Below are positions 37,299 to 49,852 of a DNA stretch of 64,000 bases, piece after piece. Each line of letters opens with the position of its first letter. Positions within the stretch are counted from its first letter, which is position 1. This stretch comes from Vicugna vicugna. Its lineage: Eukaryota. The notes beneath the pieces are model-generated. The model was given only the letters and a program-made list of their open reading frames with translations, ran no database searches and was not told the origin of the DNA. Location of the stretch: the NCBI GenBank assembly GCA_013265495.1, contig MU058781.1, positions 4,527,050 to 4,591,049 on the forward strand, in the 5' to 3' direction. Both the position numbers and the translations under genes were made by a program.

Positions 37299-38059
37299 GT
37301 GCTTAGTCTATGCATGTCTCAGCATGTCTCAGAACAGCAGATTCCTACACCTCTCATGACTGAGCCAAATGCCCTTGTTCGGCCCACCCCGGCCACAGGT
37401 GGGTGCAATCACCCCTATGCGGAGCGGCCGCTGGACTTTATTGGTACCTTGGCACTGCTTTTCTCTTTCTATCCCATGGCACAGGACTGTCCCGCCTGTC
37501 TGTGTCACACCTTCTCTACTAGACAAAACAAAAGCTCTTCACCGACAGAGCCCTGTCTTAGGCGGGTGCCCCACAATCACACATTCATCCACCAAGGTAT
37601 TTGATCTTTGCCTGCTGAAGCCTAGACCTTCCTCACATGCTGGGGGTCATGTCAAGCCTGGGTGGGATGGTGCACGGGACACCTTGCCCACAGCTGCACG
37701 ACTCCCCCTCCTTCTGTGCTGGTTAGTCACCTGGAGCCCTGGGGCCCTCCTCCCTCCACCTCCCCCCTCAGCAGGAAGGCTTTCCAGAGAGTGGTGGCTG
37801 AGGGCAGGGAGGCCCACCACTGAGCCGCTTCCCCTCCCTCTCCCCTCGTGCTGAAGGATCGTTTACTCTCATTAGGGAATGTCTACCCCATACAAATCTG
37901 TCTCATTTTTCTCCCTGGAGTGATACTGAAAATCAAAATATTTACATCAACAAGAACCAGAAGAGTTAGGAGTAGTCGCAAGTCGATAAGACGACAAAAG
38001 ATCTCCAGTAGCTCAGGCTATACTTCACACCATTCCCAAAGCGTGCACATAGGCAAAAG

Positions 38060-39110
38060 GGCGTTTAAAGAACGTTCAAACTCGTTATTCAAATAAATGG
38101 CAATTATTTTTCCTTTAAAATCGCAAAAAATATATATTTAAACGTATAAGACTTTGGCAAGAAAAGTGCATTGACGTGGCACTCTCGTGTGCTGCCAGAG
38201 GAAGTGTAAACCTGAAAAACACCTCTGGGGAGAAGTTTGCCAGTTCATTTCCAAAGCCCTGAAAACACTCATGTTTTTGGACCTAAGTCCATTTATAAAA
38301 ATTTCCCGTAAGAACACATCAGATAAGCACTTGAGAGTTTTCACAGCTGCACTATTTAAAAAAGGGGGAAAAACGTGAAACAAATTAATGCCTAACAGTA
38401 CGGAGATGACTGAATTAAACTTAGAATATGCGCATAATGAAAAACTATTGTCATCACTGGAAAGCAAGTTGTCAGAGTATTCCTGATACCAGAAGTATCG
38501 CATTAATTGGAACAGTGAGGTTATGCCACAGTAACAACTTCAACACTTCAGTCGCTACGCACAACAAAAAATCTTCTTGCTCACATTCCACATCCAAGTG
38601 AGATCAGGCAGGCAGGGATGGGGATGCTCTCTCTATAATCAGAAAGTGGTTCTCAGAGGAATGTACGACCACCCTCTCAGCAAGGGAGAACACAGCATGG
38701 TCCCAAACAGGAAAGACGCACTCAGTCCAGAAGGAACACAACTCACTTTTGCTGACAGCCCATCGGTCAGAGCTCGTTGTAGCTCCACCTACCTGCAAGA
38801 TAGGTGAAAAATGTAGTCCTACTGTGTGCCCAGGAGGAGAAGTGAGCCAGGTATGGGGCAGCACTAAAAGTTTCTACCACTATACCTAGGATGTAATGGT
38901 GGGAAAAATGGAGTACAAAATTACATATTTAACACAGTCTGATTTCAGAGATTTATGGTATTTCATATTTGTATGTATAAATGAAGAAAATCCTTATTAA
39001 AAAAAAAAACAGGGATCCAACCTGTGATACTATAAGTGGTTCTTATTTTCTTCTTTAAACATGTTTGAAATTTCCAGTTTTTCTATAAAGAACACATTAA
39101 TTGCAAGGGG
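38060..39110 (+). mobile_element. L1ME4-like fragments (38060-38470, ~38890-39110) flanking an MLT1 LTR
   Basis: actctcgtgtgctgccagaggaagtgtaaac...ttttcacagctgcactattt...; later ttattttcttctttaaacatgtttgaaatttccagtttttctataaagaacac. Confidence 0.6.
38500..38880 (-). mobile_element. MLT1I/J-like ERVL-MaLR LTR
   Basis: aggttatgccacagtaacaac...ttcttgctcaca...tcacttttgctgacagcccatcgg...aaatgtagtcctactgtgtgcccaggagg...tctaccac. Confidence 0.75.
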
Positions 39111-39581
39111 AAAATAAGTTCTATGCTTCTGTATTACTCATTCTATCCTATATTTCCTTGCCTTCAGAAGACAAATTTTTCTTTTCCCTAGTTCAGCAAC
39201 TTCCTTCAGCCCCAGTCTGCAAAAGGGAAATAATATTAGTTGCTCCTCTTTTCCCCACAAGAGAGCTAAATGAGAAGTAACCAATAAATGCTCACTGGAA
39301 GCTTCAGCATTTGGAGGGGAAATATGCTCATTAGACTCAAAACATGGTGATGCTTCCCTCAGAACTGGGAATTCAATTGTGTCCCTCTATGTAGGAGATT
39401 AAATAATATCTTGCTGCCGTTTAGCCAAAACATGTGCCTAATTCACTTGCTTATTCGCTAAGGAAATATGAACCATACCAAACAGTTCAAACCTAGGGTG
39501 AAAAAAATAGGTCAGAATATTTATTTCTATGAATGAATTCAAGTGTATGATGTTGTGACCTCGTTACCAAGTTCATTGTTG

Positions 39582-39734
39582 GTTTTTTTCCCCCACTTTT
39601 CTTTTTTCCTTCTTAGTTTTTTTTGGGGGGGGGTTATTAGTTTGGTTTTTACTGTTGTTGTTTTAGAAGAGGTACTGGGGATTGAACCCAGGACCTCAAG
39701 CATGCACTCTACCACTTGAGCTATACCCTCCCCT
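39582..39734 (-). mobile_element. Vic-1-type SINE variant
   Basis: gaggtactggggattgaacccaggacctc...ctctaccacttgagctataccctcccc. Perfect 15-bp TSD CCAAGTTCATTGTTG (39567-39581, 39735-39749). Confidence 0.95.
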
Positions 39735-40490
39735 CCAAGTTCATTGTTGATATCTATAAGCCTTCATGGCTGACGTGGGCTCCAAGACCTTCTGCCTTTC
39801 TCTGAATCTTCTTTGTTCACATAATCTTTGTCAGACGACCAATGCAAAATTACTTAACACCCTGTTTCTAGTACTAATTCCCAGGATCAGGATAAACTTC
39901 CTGAGGCAGGCAGAGACCCCCTTGGTCCCTCAAAGCGCCTTTCTTTGTACCCTCCTGACGATCTAGCCTAGCGCCAGCGTGGCTCAGCATTGCTTAATAA
40001 AGACTTGTCCATTTGACCCGATCCCTTTAGGGGAAAAAGTACGCTGTGGGTGTGATCCTGGTCCCTTCCTCACAAGTACCTAATGCAATGTCTTTAGGCT
40101 CATACCGGCCACTCAGTCAGCTGACAAAGCTGACACATAGGTTAGAAATGGGAGCAGAGTAGAGCATGGCCCTCAGGAACCAAACTGAGATTCCATTATA
40201 AAAAAAAAAAATCACATGCTGTATCTATTCAAAGTGTCATTTTTACAAGCCTGTCAGCCCATCTACCAATGAAGAGTGAAAAGAAAATGCGACTGAAGGA
40301 AATCCCAGAGCATCAGGGACAGACAGAAGGCTTGTGTTTGGGGCATCTTTTATTTTGAGTCTGCCCCACTGGCCTAAGGTCTCCATCAGTGTGAGGAGAA
40401 GTTCATTAGCGGCACCATCACCGCTGTGGCATAGTTTAACTAACTGCTGGCATGACAGGGACTGGGAAGAAAAAAGAAGAGAGGGATTAT

Positions 40491-40552
40491 TACAAAACAG
40501 AAGAAGTTTTAATTAATGGTGTACAAAACAGAAGAAGTTCTAATTAATGGTG
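40491..40552. repeat. 31-bp tandem duplication
   Basis: TACAAAACAGAAGAAGTT(T/C)TAATTAATGGTG x2 with one mismatch. Confidence 0.95.
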
Positions 40553-41607
40553 TCTTGAGATGTGGCTTTTCTGAAACAAAGTAAGAATGACCTCCTGACA
40601 GGTAACTGATCCAATGCCACATTCCCTGCACACCTGCAGTACTGGCTTTATCCAGATGGTTCCCAACTTGAAGGCGAAAAGTGGTGAAAAATGCTAAGGT
40701 GACAGGAACATTCTCTGAGCTTCATCACTACCTCTGCAGGCCCAGAGACACGGAGCCCAGGTAGGATCCTGCTGGGTGACACGCGGACACTGCGTGCAGT
40801 TTTACTAACGCATTGACATTGGTCTCAGTTTGTACAAAATCGTATGTTTTTGACAATCCTACGTTAAAAATGATTACCGACCCCTTTTGACTTCCTAGCT
40901 ATAAGTACGAGAAATAATCATAAGGTTTGGCTCTGTGATTTATGGAATCATAAATCACATTGTGTTTTCAGTCTGGTGGTGCCTGCCACAGTGCAAAGAC
41001 CAGAGCAACTGGCATCTTAGGAAGAGAGAAAAACAAGACTGTTTATAAAGATATTTTGGAGCAAACGGCTTCCTGGGAGCTGGAGGAAACAGTCCTAGCC
41101 ACAAAAATCTTTCAACATTCCCTTGTTCACCGGGGTGTGGGCGGGGGGTGGGGGGAGTGCGTGCTGTCACTGGCCTTCCTCCACCGTCATCCGATCTACC
41201 CTCCCCAACCAAACACCCGCACCACTCATCACAACCTCCCTTGATAGGGACACAGACAGCGCCACTTACAAAACCAACATCACTGTTTTTGCCTAGCATG
41301 AATTACCACTCTCCAAAGACAGGAGAAAAGGTTGTGAAGGGAGGACTGATTTATATTGCCTCCTGGCACTGTACTGGTTTGGGGAAATCATGGAGAAGAA
41401 ATTCCAGGTTCACTAAGTTAATCAAGTCGCCTGTATTTGAGCTGCCCCATAGCCCTACGTGGACCATTATTCAGCACGCCAAGCCTCTCTGTCCTACTGT
41501 GTTGCTTCCTTTGTGTCTGATCCACAGCACACCAATAACTTACCTGTGGCCCTCTGCAACTGTTGGCTTCATCCTGATGTTTAATAATCCAGACAAGGCT
41601 TGTTTAC

Positions 41608-41981
41608 CATGTTAGTTTGCTACGGCTGCCACTGACTGGGTGGTTTACACAGTGGAAATTGTTGTCTCACGTTTATTTCCAGTTCTGGAGGCTGGAAGTC
41701 TACGATGATGCCAGCATGGTTGGCTCCTTCTGAGATCTCTCTCGTCTTGAAGATGGCCATCTTCTCCCTCTGTCATCCATGGGGTATGTTATCTGTGTCC
41801 CAATCTCTTCTTAAAAGGACTCCAGTTGTACTGGGTAAGGGGCCACCCACATGACTTCACTGTATCTTAATTACCTCTTTAAAACCCTACTTCCAAATAA
41901 GGTCACTATTTGAAGAACCAGGGTGAGGGGGTAGGATTTCAACATATAAATTTGGGGGTGGGCACAATGTAGCCCATAACA
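41608..41981 (-). mobile_element. MLT1B ERVL-MaLR solo LTR
   Basis: ttagtttgctacggctgcc...cagttctggaggctggaagtc...agatggccatcttctccct...ttaattacctctttaaaaccct...tcaacatataaatttggggg...agcccataaca. Confidence 0.85.
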
Positions 41982-43599
41982 CTTGTTTTTCCCCTAATGT
42001 CACCATGGTCAGCTTTTACATATGTGGGTACACACACACACTTTACATTTTTTATATCTTGCTCAGAAATTCCTACTGCAACTGGTATGGTGGGAGCCAG
42101 GAGAGGCAGGGGGAAAACTCAGTTTCTTGTGGCTCAGAACAGTCTTGATGGAGTAAACCAGCCTCGTCCAGTAACTGTCAGTTTCACAGAGTGTCTCCCC
42201 GTCCTCAAGGACTCGCCCACCCCTTTTCCCAGGTGTGGGGGGAAGCATGGTGTCCTCGCAACAGTGAAAGGGCGGGTGTGCTCTCCACTGGTTGGACCTC
42301 TGTCACCACAGCCGTTGTCGCTGAAGTGCCCCAGACCAGTATGACTCAAAGCCTGTTCTCCTGGCGGGGCTGCCACGCTGTCATTGCTCCCAGCGACCTC
42401 CCCCGCTTTGCTCCCACCTCAGCTCCCCCTGGTCCCACAATGCGCCGTGGTCTGGCGACAGCTCCCTTTGGATCCTCAGCTCCATCAATCATGTTTCCAG
42501 CCCCCTTCTGCACCAGGCCTCAGCAGGCTCACCGAGCCAGCCCCTCAGCCTTTGTCCACGTCTCCCACTGAGTCACCCTATGACAGCAGCAGGGCCCCAG
42601 GGCCTGAGGCTCCCTAGACTAACACCCCACACGCCCCTCCCTTCTCTCTGGGGCTGCCCCACCTCAGCTGGCAGCACCACTAGGGGGGCCTTCGAGCTCT
42701 GAACATGGAGTGGGAGTCCCGGCCCCCTGTGCCGACTCCCCCTCAGCTTACCTGCTCCGTTAACTACCTCACACAGCCCCCCTTCCCCAAGAGGCTCGAA
42801 CTCCAAGGAAGAATCCAGAACACACCTACTATTCCCTTTCTCGCACTCACTCTCCTCAGCTCCACCTCTCTGGACGGGAAGGATTTTCCATTTCCAGCAG
42901 AACAGGAACCTTCCTTATGTCAAAATCTCTCTTCTCAACATCACGGTTCAAAATAATAACACTCTATCTCAGGCCTCCAAGGTTTACTCTTGTCATACAG
43001 ATGGAAGCTTTTTGGAATTTGGAAAACACTTCTCTCTCTCGGCAAAACATGGATTTAAGACGCTCTTACTTTTCACATAACAATTTTAACATGAAACCCA
43101 AGGCTGAGCCAAGACTCTTTATTCTGGGTGGTCTCCCCCCACCCTTCCCCCAAATTGATAGATTCAGCGCCAGGACGTCCCAATAGCAAGGAATGAAAAT
43201 ACATTGATATGTCGGGAATACAGTTCCTGTTGCACTAGTAACTGTGAAACAAACGTTCTAGCACATTCCCTAGAAGGAGCTAACGTGCTCAGGGCATTTA
43301 TTGATCTGGTGAGCACTGGCATTACTTTCCTTAGCAGATAAACAACTAGGGAGGTAATGCAAAAAATCATCAAATTTGTTTATGAAGAATTCACTGGCAG
43401 GGCTTTCTCAAGTCCACAGCCAGAAACCTTCGGCATCCAAAGGGTGGAGGCAATGACAGTTACAGCAACTGTCCTCCCAGGAACATGAGGTGACCACCAC
43501 CCCGACTGTCTGCTCATGTCTCGTCTGGGACCACTAAGGGCTATGGAAACTGGCAGAAGAAAAGCCTCGGAAAACTTCCAATGCAGAAGGATCGGACTG

Positions 43600-43960
43600 G
43601 CGGTGTCCCTAATAATGACACTGAGACAGAAAATCTGACTTAGAGGCAACACAACTTGGTGGTTAACGTGGGAACTCAAGTCAGACTGCTTGGCTTCTGA
43701 TGCACCCCTTCCTACCCTTGTCACCCCCACCCAGTTACTAAATCTCTATCGGCTTCCTCATCTGGGTGTGCTGTGAAGCTTACAGGAGCTAAGGCAAGCA
43801 AAATGCTAGAACAGTATAGACACATAATGACTCTCAGTGAGTGTTCATTGTGGGAAACTGTCAGGTTGTAGGCAAGTGGTTATTGTGAATAATATTCATA
43901 GCTAAAATTTATTGAGTGCCTATAATATGCCAGGTAATGTTATAAATTTCTTACACGTGT
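43600..43960. mobile_element. Cluster of MIR fragments in both orientations
   Basis: ggaactcaagtcagactg (-); ggcttcctcatctg...aaatgctagaacagt (+); catagctaaaatttattgagtgcctataatatgccagg (-). Confidence 0.55.
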
Positions 43961-44221
43961 AAAAGAGGCTAAAAAATTATTATTATAAGAATATTTTTAA
44001 AGTCTTTTTTCCATCTCTTCCTACATCTGCCCGCCCCTGCTTCCACTAGTAAAATTCTGATTTGGTTCACTTGGCATTTCCCCACATCCTCAGCTTGTGG
44101 GCTTTAATCCACAGATTGGGGGAAAAATACTGTAAGCCTGAGAGGCAAGGAGATTTATATTTGAAATAAAGAGAAACCCTGGGGAAAAAAAAAAAAAAAC
44201 ACTAGCTCTCAGAAACCATGG

Positions 44222-44353
44222 GGGTGGGGGAGGGTACAGCTCAGTGGTAGAGCACATGCTTAGCATGCAGGAGGTCCCGGGTTCAATCCCCAGTACCGCC
44301 ATTAAATAAAACAAATAATTAAACCTAATTACCTCCCATCACCCCCCTAAAAA
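44222..44353 (+). mobile_element. Vic-1-type SINE
   Basis: ggggagggtacagctcagtggtagagcacatgcttagcatgcaggaggtcccgggttcaatccccagtaccgcc...aaacctaattacctccc. TSD agaaaccatgg / agaaagcatgg. Confidence 0.95.
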
Positions 44354-45039
44354 AGAAAGCATGGCAGGGTGAGCAGGAAAAATTTTGGTTGGCAGCTGAG
44401 GGTGGAATAAAGAGAGATTTTCAAGAACAGCTACTCTCTGTTGAAAGTGAGAGGTGGACAAGTTGAAGGCAGAGAATTTTTTTTTAAGTTTAGCCATTTC
44501 TTAGGCATATACTACCCTCCTGGATTTTTTCAAGAAATTACAATAAACACTTGAATTGCTTTTGATGAAGGTTCTCTGTTAACTTTTTTTTTAAATGTGA
44601 TTCCATGCAAAGACAGGACCCCATGAGAAGCCACCTTTACGCAGGTCACACACACATTCTTTCATTTTATCCTTACGGGAGTCCTGTGAGTCGGATGCTA
44701 TGATTATGCCTTGTTCGAAGAGAAAGCCAAAGTTTAAAGAGTTAACTCAGCCACAGTCACACAGAAAGCACACAGAGCTTCAGTCTGAATATATGTAGTC
44801 TGACCTCAGCGCCTGCACACACGCCCCTGTGCTATACGAATCAATTATTCCTTTTAGCCTACATTAATTCACACTTCCTCAACTGTCCTCCTGAGATTGT
44901 TGTCAAAGGAAACTAACTCTAGGTTGCTTCCTAATACATAATGTTTCCTTTCAATTAAAAATAAAAGTCAGTGTGTTATGTGTGTCCCTGTGTGTGTATC
45001 TACGTGTGTGTACACACCTTCTGATTTAACTATTCAGAT

Positions 45040-45690
45040 TGTTTAAAATTCAAAAGGTACAAATGAGAGAACACAAAGTCTCCCTTCTAACCTCGTTCCC
45101 CCAGCCATCTGATACCCCTTCCCAGAGGCAAACAACGTTGTCAGCTTCTATTGTCTACTTTCAGATAAAAGAATTTCAAGCAAATACATTTCTCTCTTTC
45201 TTTTAAATGATACCAGAACATTCTCAATGTTGGGCACTTTGATTGTTTCCATTTATCAATACACCTTGGAAATAATTCCATACTGGTCTAGAAGGAGTGT
45301 CCTCATTTTTCTTTAAAGTTAAAAGTAATCCATTACGACGTACTATCACTTAGTTAACAATTCTCTGGTGGACATTAGAATATTTCTAAATGTGTGCTAT
45401 TGTAAATGATGTGACAATGAATACCTTTGACATAATGTCATTTTGCATGTTAGTATTGCCATAGTATAAATTCCCAGAAACAGAATCACAGAGTCAAAAG
45501 CTATGTGCATATATATGCATTTTCAATAGATACTCCTAAATTGCCCTACATAGATTATTTTCAACAAAGCACATGCCTACCAGCATTGTGTAAGATAGTT
45601 TATTTTCCCTTACCCTCTCCAACACAGTGGATTATTAAACTTTCTGGTCTTTGCCCATCTGATAGATGAAAATGGAAAATCCATTTCCTC
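45040..45690 (-). mobile_element. L1ME/L1MC-type LINE-1 3' fragment
   Basis: aaaattcaaaaggtaca...ttcccagaggcaaacaacgttgtcagcttct...taaattcccagaaacagaat...taccagcattgtgtaaga...tctttgcccatctgatagatgaaaatgg. Confidence 0.8.
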
Positions 45691-46595
45691 TCTTGCCTCA
45701 GGTTACTTGAGTTTAAACTATAACTTGCTGCCCACAAACCCCTTCATTCATTCATTTAAACAGTGTAAGGCATTTACCACATATAAGGCTCTCTCCTGGT
45801 CCTCCCTTTGCCCTACAGAGCAGGATCTCTCTCCAAAATCGTGTGCGGCTTAAGAGTCTACCAGATACCTAGGATGTGAGCAACTCCTGGCATCATCAAC
45901 TTAGAATAGTAGGATAATTACTGGGGTTTTAGAAGAGCAAATAAATAAAATTCCTAAAAAAAAAAAAAGCAAATAAATAAACAAATAAATAAATAAATAA
46001 ATAATATTCCTGTCCCAATTCTCTCCCCAACCTCCATCCCACTCAGCTTCAAGTTGGGACCAATAAAGAGGGAGTCACAGGAGTCAGACAGATGGAGATG
46101 AAAATATCTGCTTTATGTCTGATAAAGCCGATTGGAGTTTAAAGCTTAGACCCGGAAACAGATGGGTGTTCTAATATCTGCCCTGGACCTCCTTCCCACC
46201 CCCCACCAAAAAAAAAAAAAAAACAAACAGAACCAAACCCATAATGAAACCTGCCCATTCAGTCACAGGCAGGCCTCGACAAGGGCAGGCTCTCCTGCAG
46301 GAATGGCTCTTATTATAGGGCCCTGGAGGAGAGTGGGCTTCCTGAGGACAGCCTGCAGGAGGCTGAGCCACGTGGGCCACTCAACCAGAGCAGCCGCTCA
46401 TGTTACATGCAGCCACAGAAGTGCCCCTCCTCTGTACCTCTCCCCTCCCGAGACAAGGAATTTCTCACATCCCTGCAATGTAAGGAGAAGGGGATAAGAA
46501 TATTCTACCAACTGTTTAATCTTTAGGGATTAAATTATAAAGAAAATGGGATCTTCCAGGGGGGATTTTTTTTTAATGTGAGAAAAATGAATAAT

Positions 46596-47860
46596 GCATT
46601 CATTGCATCATTCAACAAATATTAATTGAGGATTTACCTTGTAACAGGCTCTGTGCTTAGATCTGAGACCATGAAGGTGAATACTGCTCAGATCCCACCT
46701 TCTATAGAATTGATACTGTGCAAGAGAGAGAACCACACAAATAATTCATCCTTATACAAACTTTAAATGAAGCATGGAAAAAGGGCCAGACAAGGCTTTG
46801 CAGAGAAGGTGCCTTGAGCTGTGCTAGAAAGGATGAGTAGGGTAGTGAGGACCCTTGTATACAATGTTATTTTGCATATGGTGTTTGTGGGTAGGCACAA
46901 GGGAAGGCTGTATCAGGAAAAAAAAAAAAAGCAGCAGTTGCAGAAGTAAAGAATGGAATCAGGTTGTGCTTCGGGCCTGGAAAACACTTCTGTGTGGACA
47001 ACAATCTGGGCGAAGGGGGTAGGTAGGGTCAGAGGTGCTGTAAGATGAGGCTGGGAAGGTACGCTGGGCCAGTCTGAGAAGTCTTCGCCAGCCACACTCA
47101 GGAGCTCACGCTCGATTCTTAGGTAAGGGCAAGCCTTTAATGCTTTTTGAGCAAAACACAAAGGATCCAATTTGTTTCAGAAAGATCACCCTGGCAGCAA
47201 ATGAGGAGGATACACTGGGGAAAGAGAGAGAGAAATCAAAGGCAAGAGGGCCAGTTAAGAGTTAATGAACTGGTCCAGTACAGAGTGGTTAAGAAACAAA
47301 ATTAGTACAAGGCTCATGAAGAAAAGTAAAGAGACTCAGCAGACATTTCACAGGTGTAATGATCAAGACGCAGTGGTTGATTAGACATGGGGTGAGCTGG
47401 AGGGAGTCTAGGGCAAATAGGTGTTCTGTGTGAATGGTGAGGACATAACTTAGACTGGAAACTAAAGAGGAACAGGTTTTGCAGGGGAAGAAAATGAGTT
47501 TAGTTTTGGATATGTTGTGCCAGAGTTGCCTGAAAGATACCTAGTAGGATGTGTCCAGCAAGTGCCTGGAAATCGAAGTCCGAGCTCAGGAGAGAAGACG
47601 GGGCTGCCAAGCCAGAAAGACTTGGCAGCTATCAGTGTATGGGCTGTAGGGGAAGCTATGGGAATACTGTAAGAGCACTCAGCTGAGAAAGCAATGAGGC
47701 GTACGAGAGAAATGAGACGGTGCAGGAGAGCCAAACAGGCAGTGGGTACCTGGAACACAGAAGAGGTCAACAGAGGACATTTCAATGGGGAGTGAGGGAG
47801 GTAGGGATAAGGAGGAGAGAGAACCCTTCAATGAATCGTGGAAGGGATCAAATTTTTCCT
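46596..47860 (-). mobile_element. L2, long degraded fragment
   Basis: cattcaacaaatattaattgagg...aggctctgtgct; agaaagatcaccctggcagc; aaaatgagtttagttttggatatgttg...gagctcaggagagaag. Confidence 0.8.
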
Positions 47861-49698
47861 CCTCCAAGATGCTCAAGGCCACATTGCATCTTTAAAGGGG
47901 GCAGCATTCTCATCCATGCTCATCCTATACCATTCACTCTTCTAAGGGAGACTGGGTGAGAGAGAGAAGGAAGAGGATGATGGCTTTCTCCTACACCCCT
48001 CTCTGGGGGAGCATCTCCTCCTCTGCAACAGGATGAAGGGCCAGCGAGCACGGTATGTCTGCAGGAACACCTTCCTGTAAAACCTTGCAAAAGCTCTGCG
48101 TTACAAACATCAGAAAGAAATCTAAAATCCTAGTTTATGGTTTCTCACCAGCTAAGCCCATTCTATCTGACAGTGATCCCTGCCAGGACCCTTCCTGCGC
48201 ACACCATCTGCTCCAGTCAACAACTTGGCCACCTTCTATGTTCACCTATCTCTAGCCATCAGATCTTGGCACAAGCTGGTCCACGTGCCTGCAACATCCC
48301 TGTTCTTTCTATAAAATTTCTACTGATTTCTTCAAAGCCATGCTTAAGTCCTACCCAGCCCATGAAGTTTCCCTTCATTTTCTGAGGAGGAACTCAACAT
48401 ATGTCCTTTGGCTATAGACTTGGTCTCTTCTTTTTGTTGTTGTTGTTACAGAAATCATTCCATTTGCCATAATTATTTAGGGAAAGATTCTTCCTAGATA
48501 ACAAAAGCTCTACCTCTAAGCATCAAGACTTTATTCTATTCATTCAATTGGACTGGTATTTACTGAGCTCTTACTTGTCACCTGCCAGGCACTGTGTTCT
48601 GTGACAGAGGTTTTAAACAAAGGAAGGTAAACAAAGAGAAAGCATTCTTTGCACAGACCAAGGAGCAAGACTGGGCCTCCTTTTGAGGGTGGAAAATACA
48701 CATCTTAACTACTTCCACTGCCTTGTTTGATAGATCTTGCTAAGCTGTATTATCCTCTTCTCTGCCTTTTTTTTCTAGCAGAAAAGAATGAACAAAATAT
48801 AAAATATTTCTGTTGGTTCGGGTGTATCATATTGGACATTCTGTTTTAAAAGAATAGCTTTTTTTTTTAATTAGTAAAACAATATGCTCCTTGTGAATGC
48901 TGAAAAAGATTTTTTTAATCACCCATGGTCAAACCACCTAAAAAGCAACTGCTGCTAATATCTTTGTGCATCTCTTTCTAGGCTTATGCCCAATCCATTT
49001 GTAGGGAGTTTTGCCTTAATAAAAATATAATATATGGAATATAAAAGTTCATAGCTTGCTGTCTTACAAGTTCACATTACAGGATAGACAGTTTTCTAAT
49101 AAGCATCCTTTGTTGAACAATCTCTTGTGGCAGAATAAACTGAGACCCCTCCCCTCCCATTTGCCTTCTCCATCCCCCTGACAGACCCCTACCACCAGGA
49201 GAGAAAAAGGATGCCCAAAAGAGATCGGGGGGGGTGGGCATCCATGTGGGATGCCCTCCGACTAGTGGGGGTGCCACTGTCCTACGCAGTCACTGGCAGA
49301 AAGTGGAGATAGCCTCTTGGAAAGTACACTGTACCAGCTGAGAAGGAACATCTCTGAAGGGTATCATCCAAGTAGAGACTATAAAATGCCCCAACTCGAA
49401 GGGTCACAATTTCCCATCTTTTCCATTTCTAGACCATCCTTGGGGGCAAACCCTGCAAGACAGAGAAGGGACCTTTCATGTGGGTTATACCTGTAATACA
49501 ATGATGCCTCTCAGGGCTACCGATGACCAGGAAAGAAAAGCACACCCCTGCTACCTGTTCAGGACACTGTCTCACCTTCATGCACCCCAAGAAAGACATA
49601 GGCTACTTATACAAACGTGAAGAATACTACCCTGATACTAAATAGCCCCAGAAACCCACTCAATTAAACATCTGTTGTTCTGCCTTAACCTCCAGTGC

Positions 49699-49852
49699 AG
49701 TGCCTCCCAACTTCGTCTGCACATGGAATCAACGCCTGTGTACCCACCACTGAAGACTGTGATTTACTCACCTTGGGTGTGGCCTGGGTTTAGAAATTAT
49801 TAAAGATGCCGGGGTGATGCTGACGTGTGTCAGACAAGTCTGAAAACTACTG
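49699..49852. mobile_element. MER5B-like hAT-Charlie element
   Basis: cagtgcctcccaactt...ctgcacatggaatca...gggtgtggcctggg...ggtgatgctgacgtg...tgaaaactactg. Confidence 0.7.

Noticed and set aside
42677..42690. CTCF-like CCACTAGGGGGGCC
   Set aside because: Mismatch at a normally conserved C of the core (CCACTAGGGGGC). It cannot be supported without a PWM scan or ChIP data.
44222..44300. tRNA-Ala(AGC)-like sequences here and at 6711, 27429, 35553 and 39582
   Set aside because: They carry SINE tails and (mostly) TSDs and have diverged acceptor stems, so they are SINE heads and not tRNA genes.
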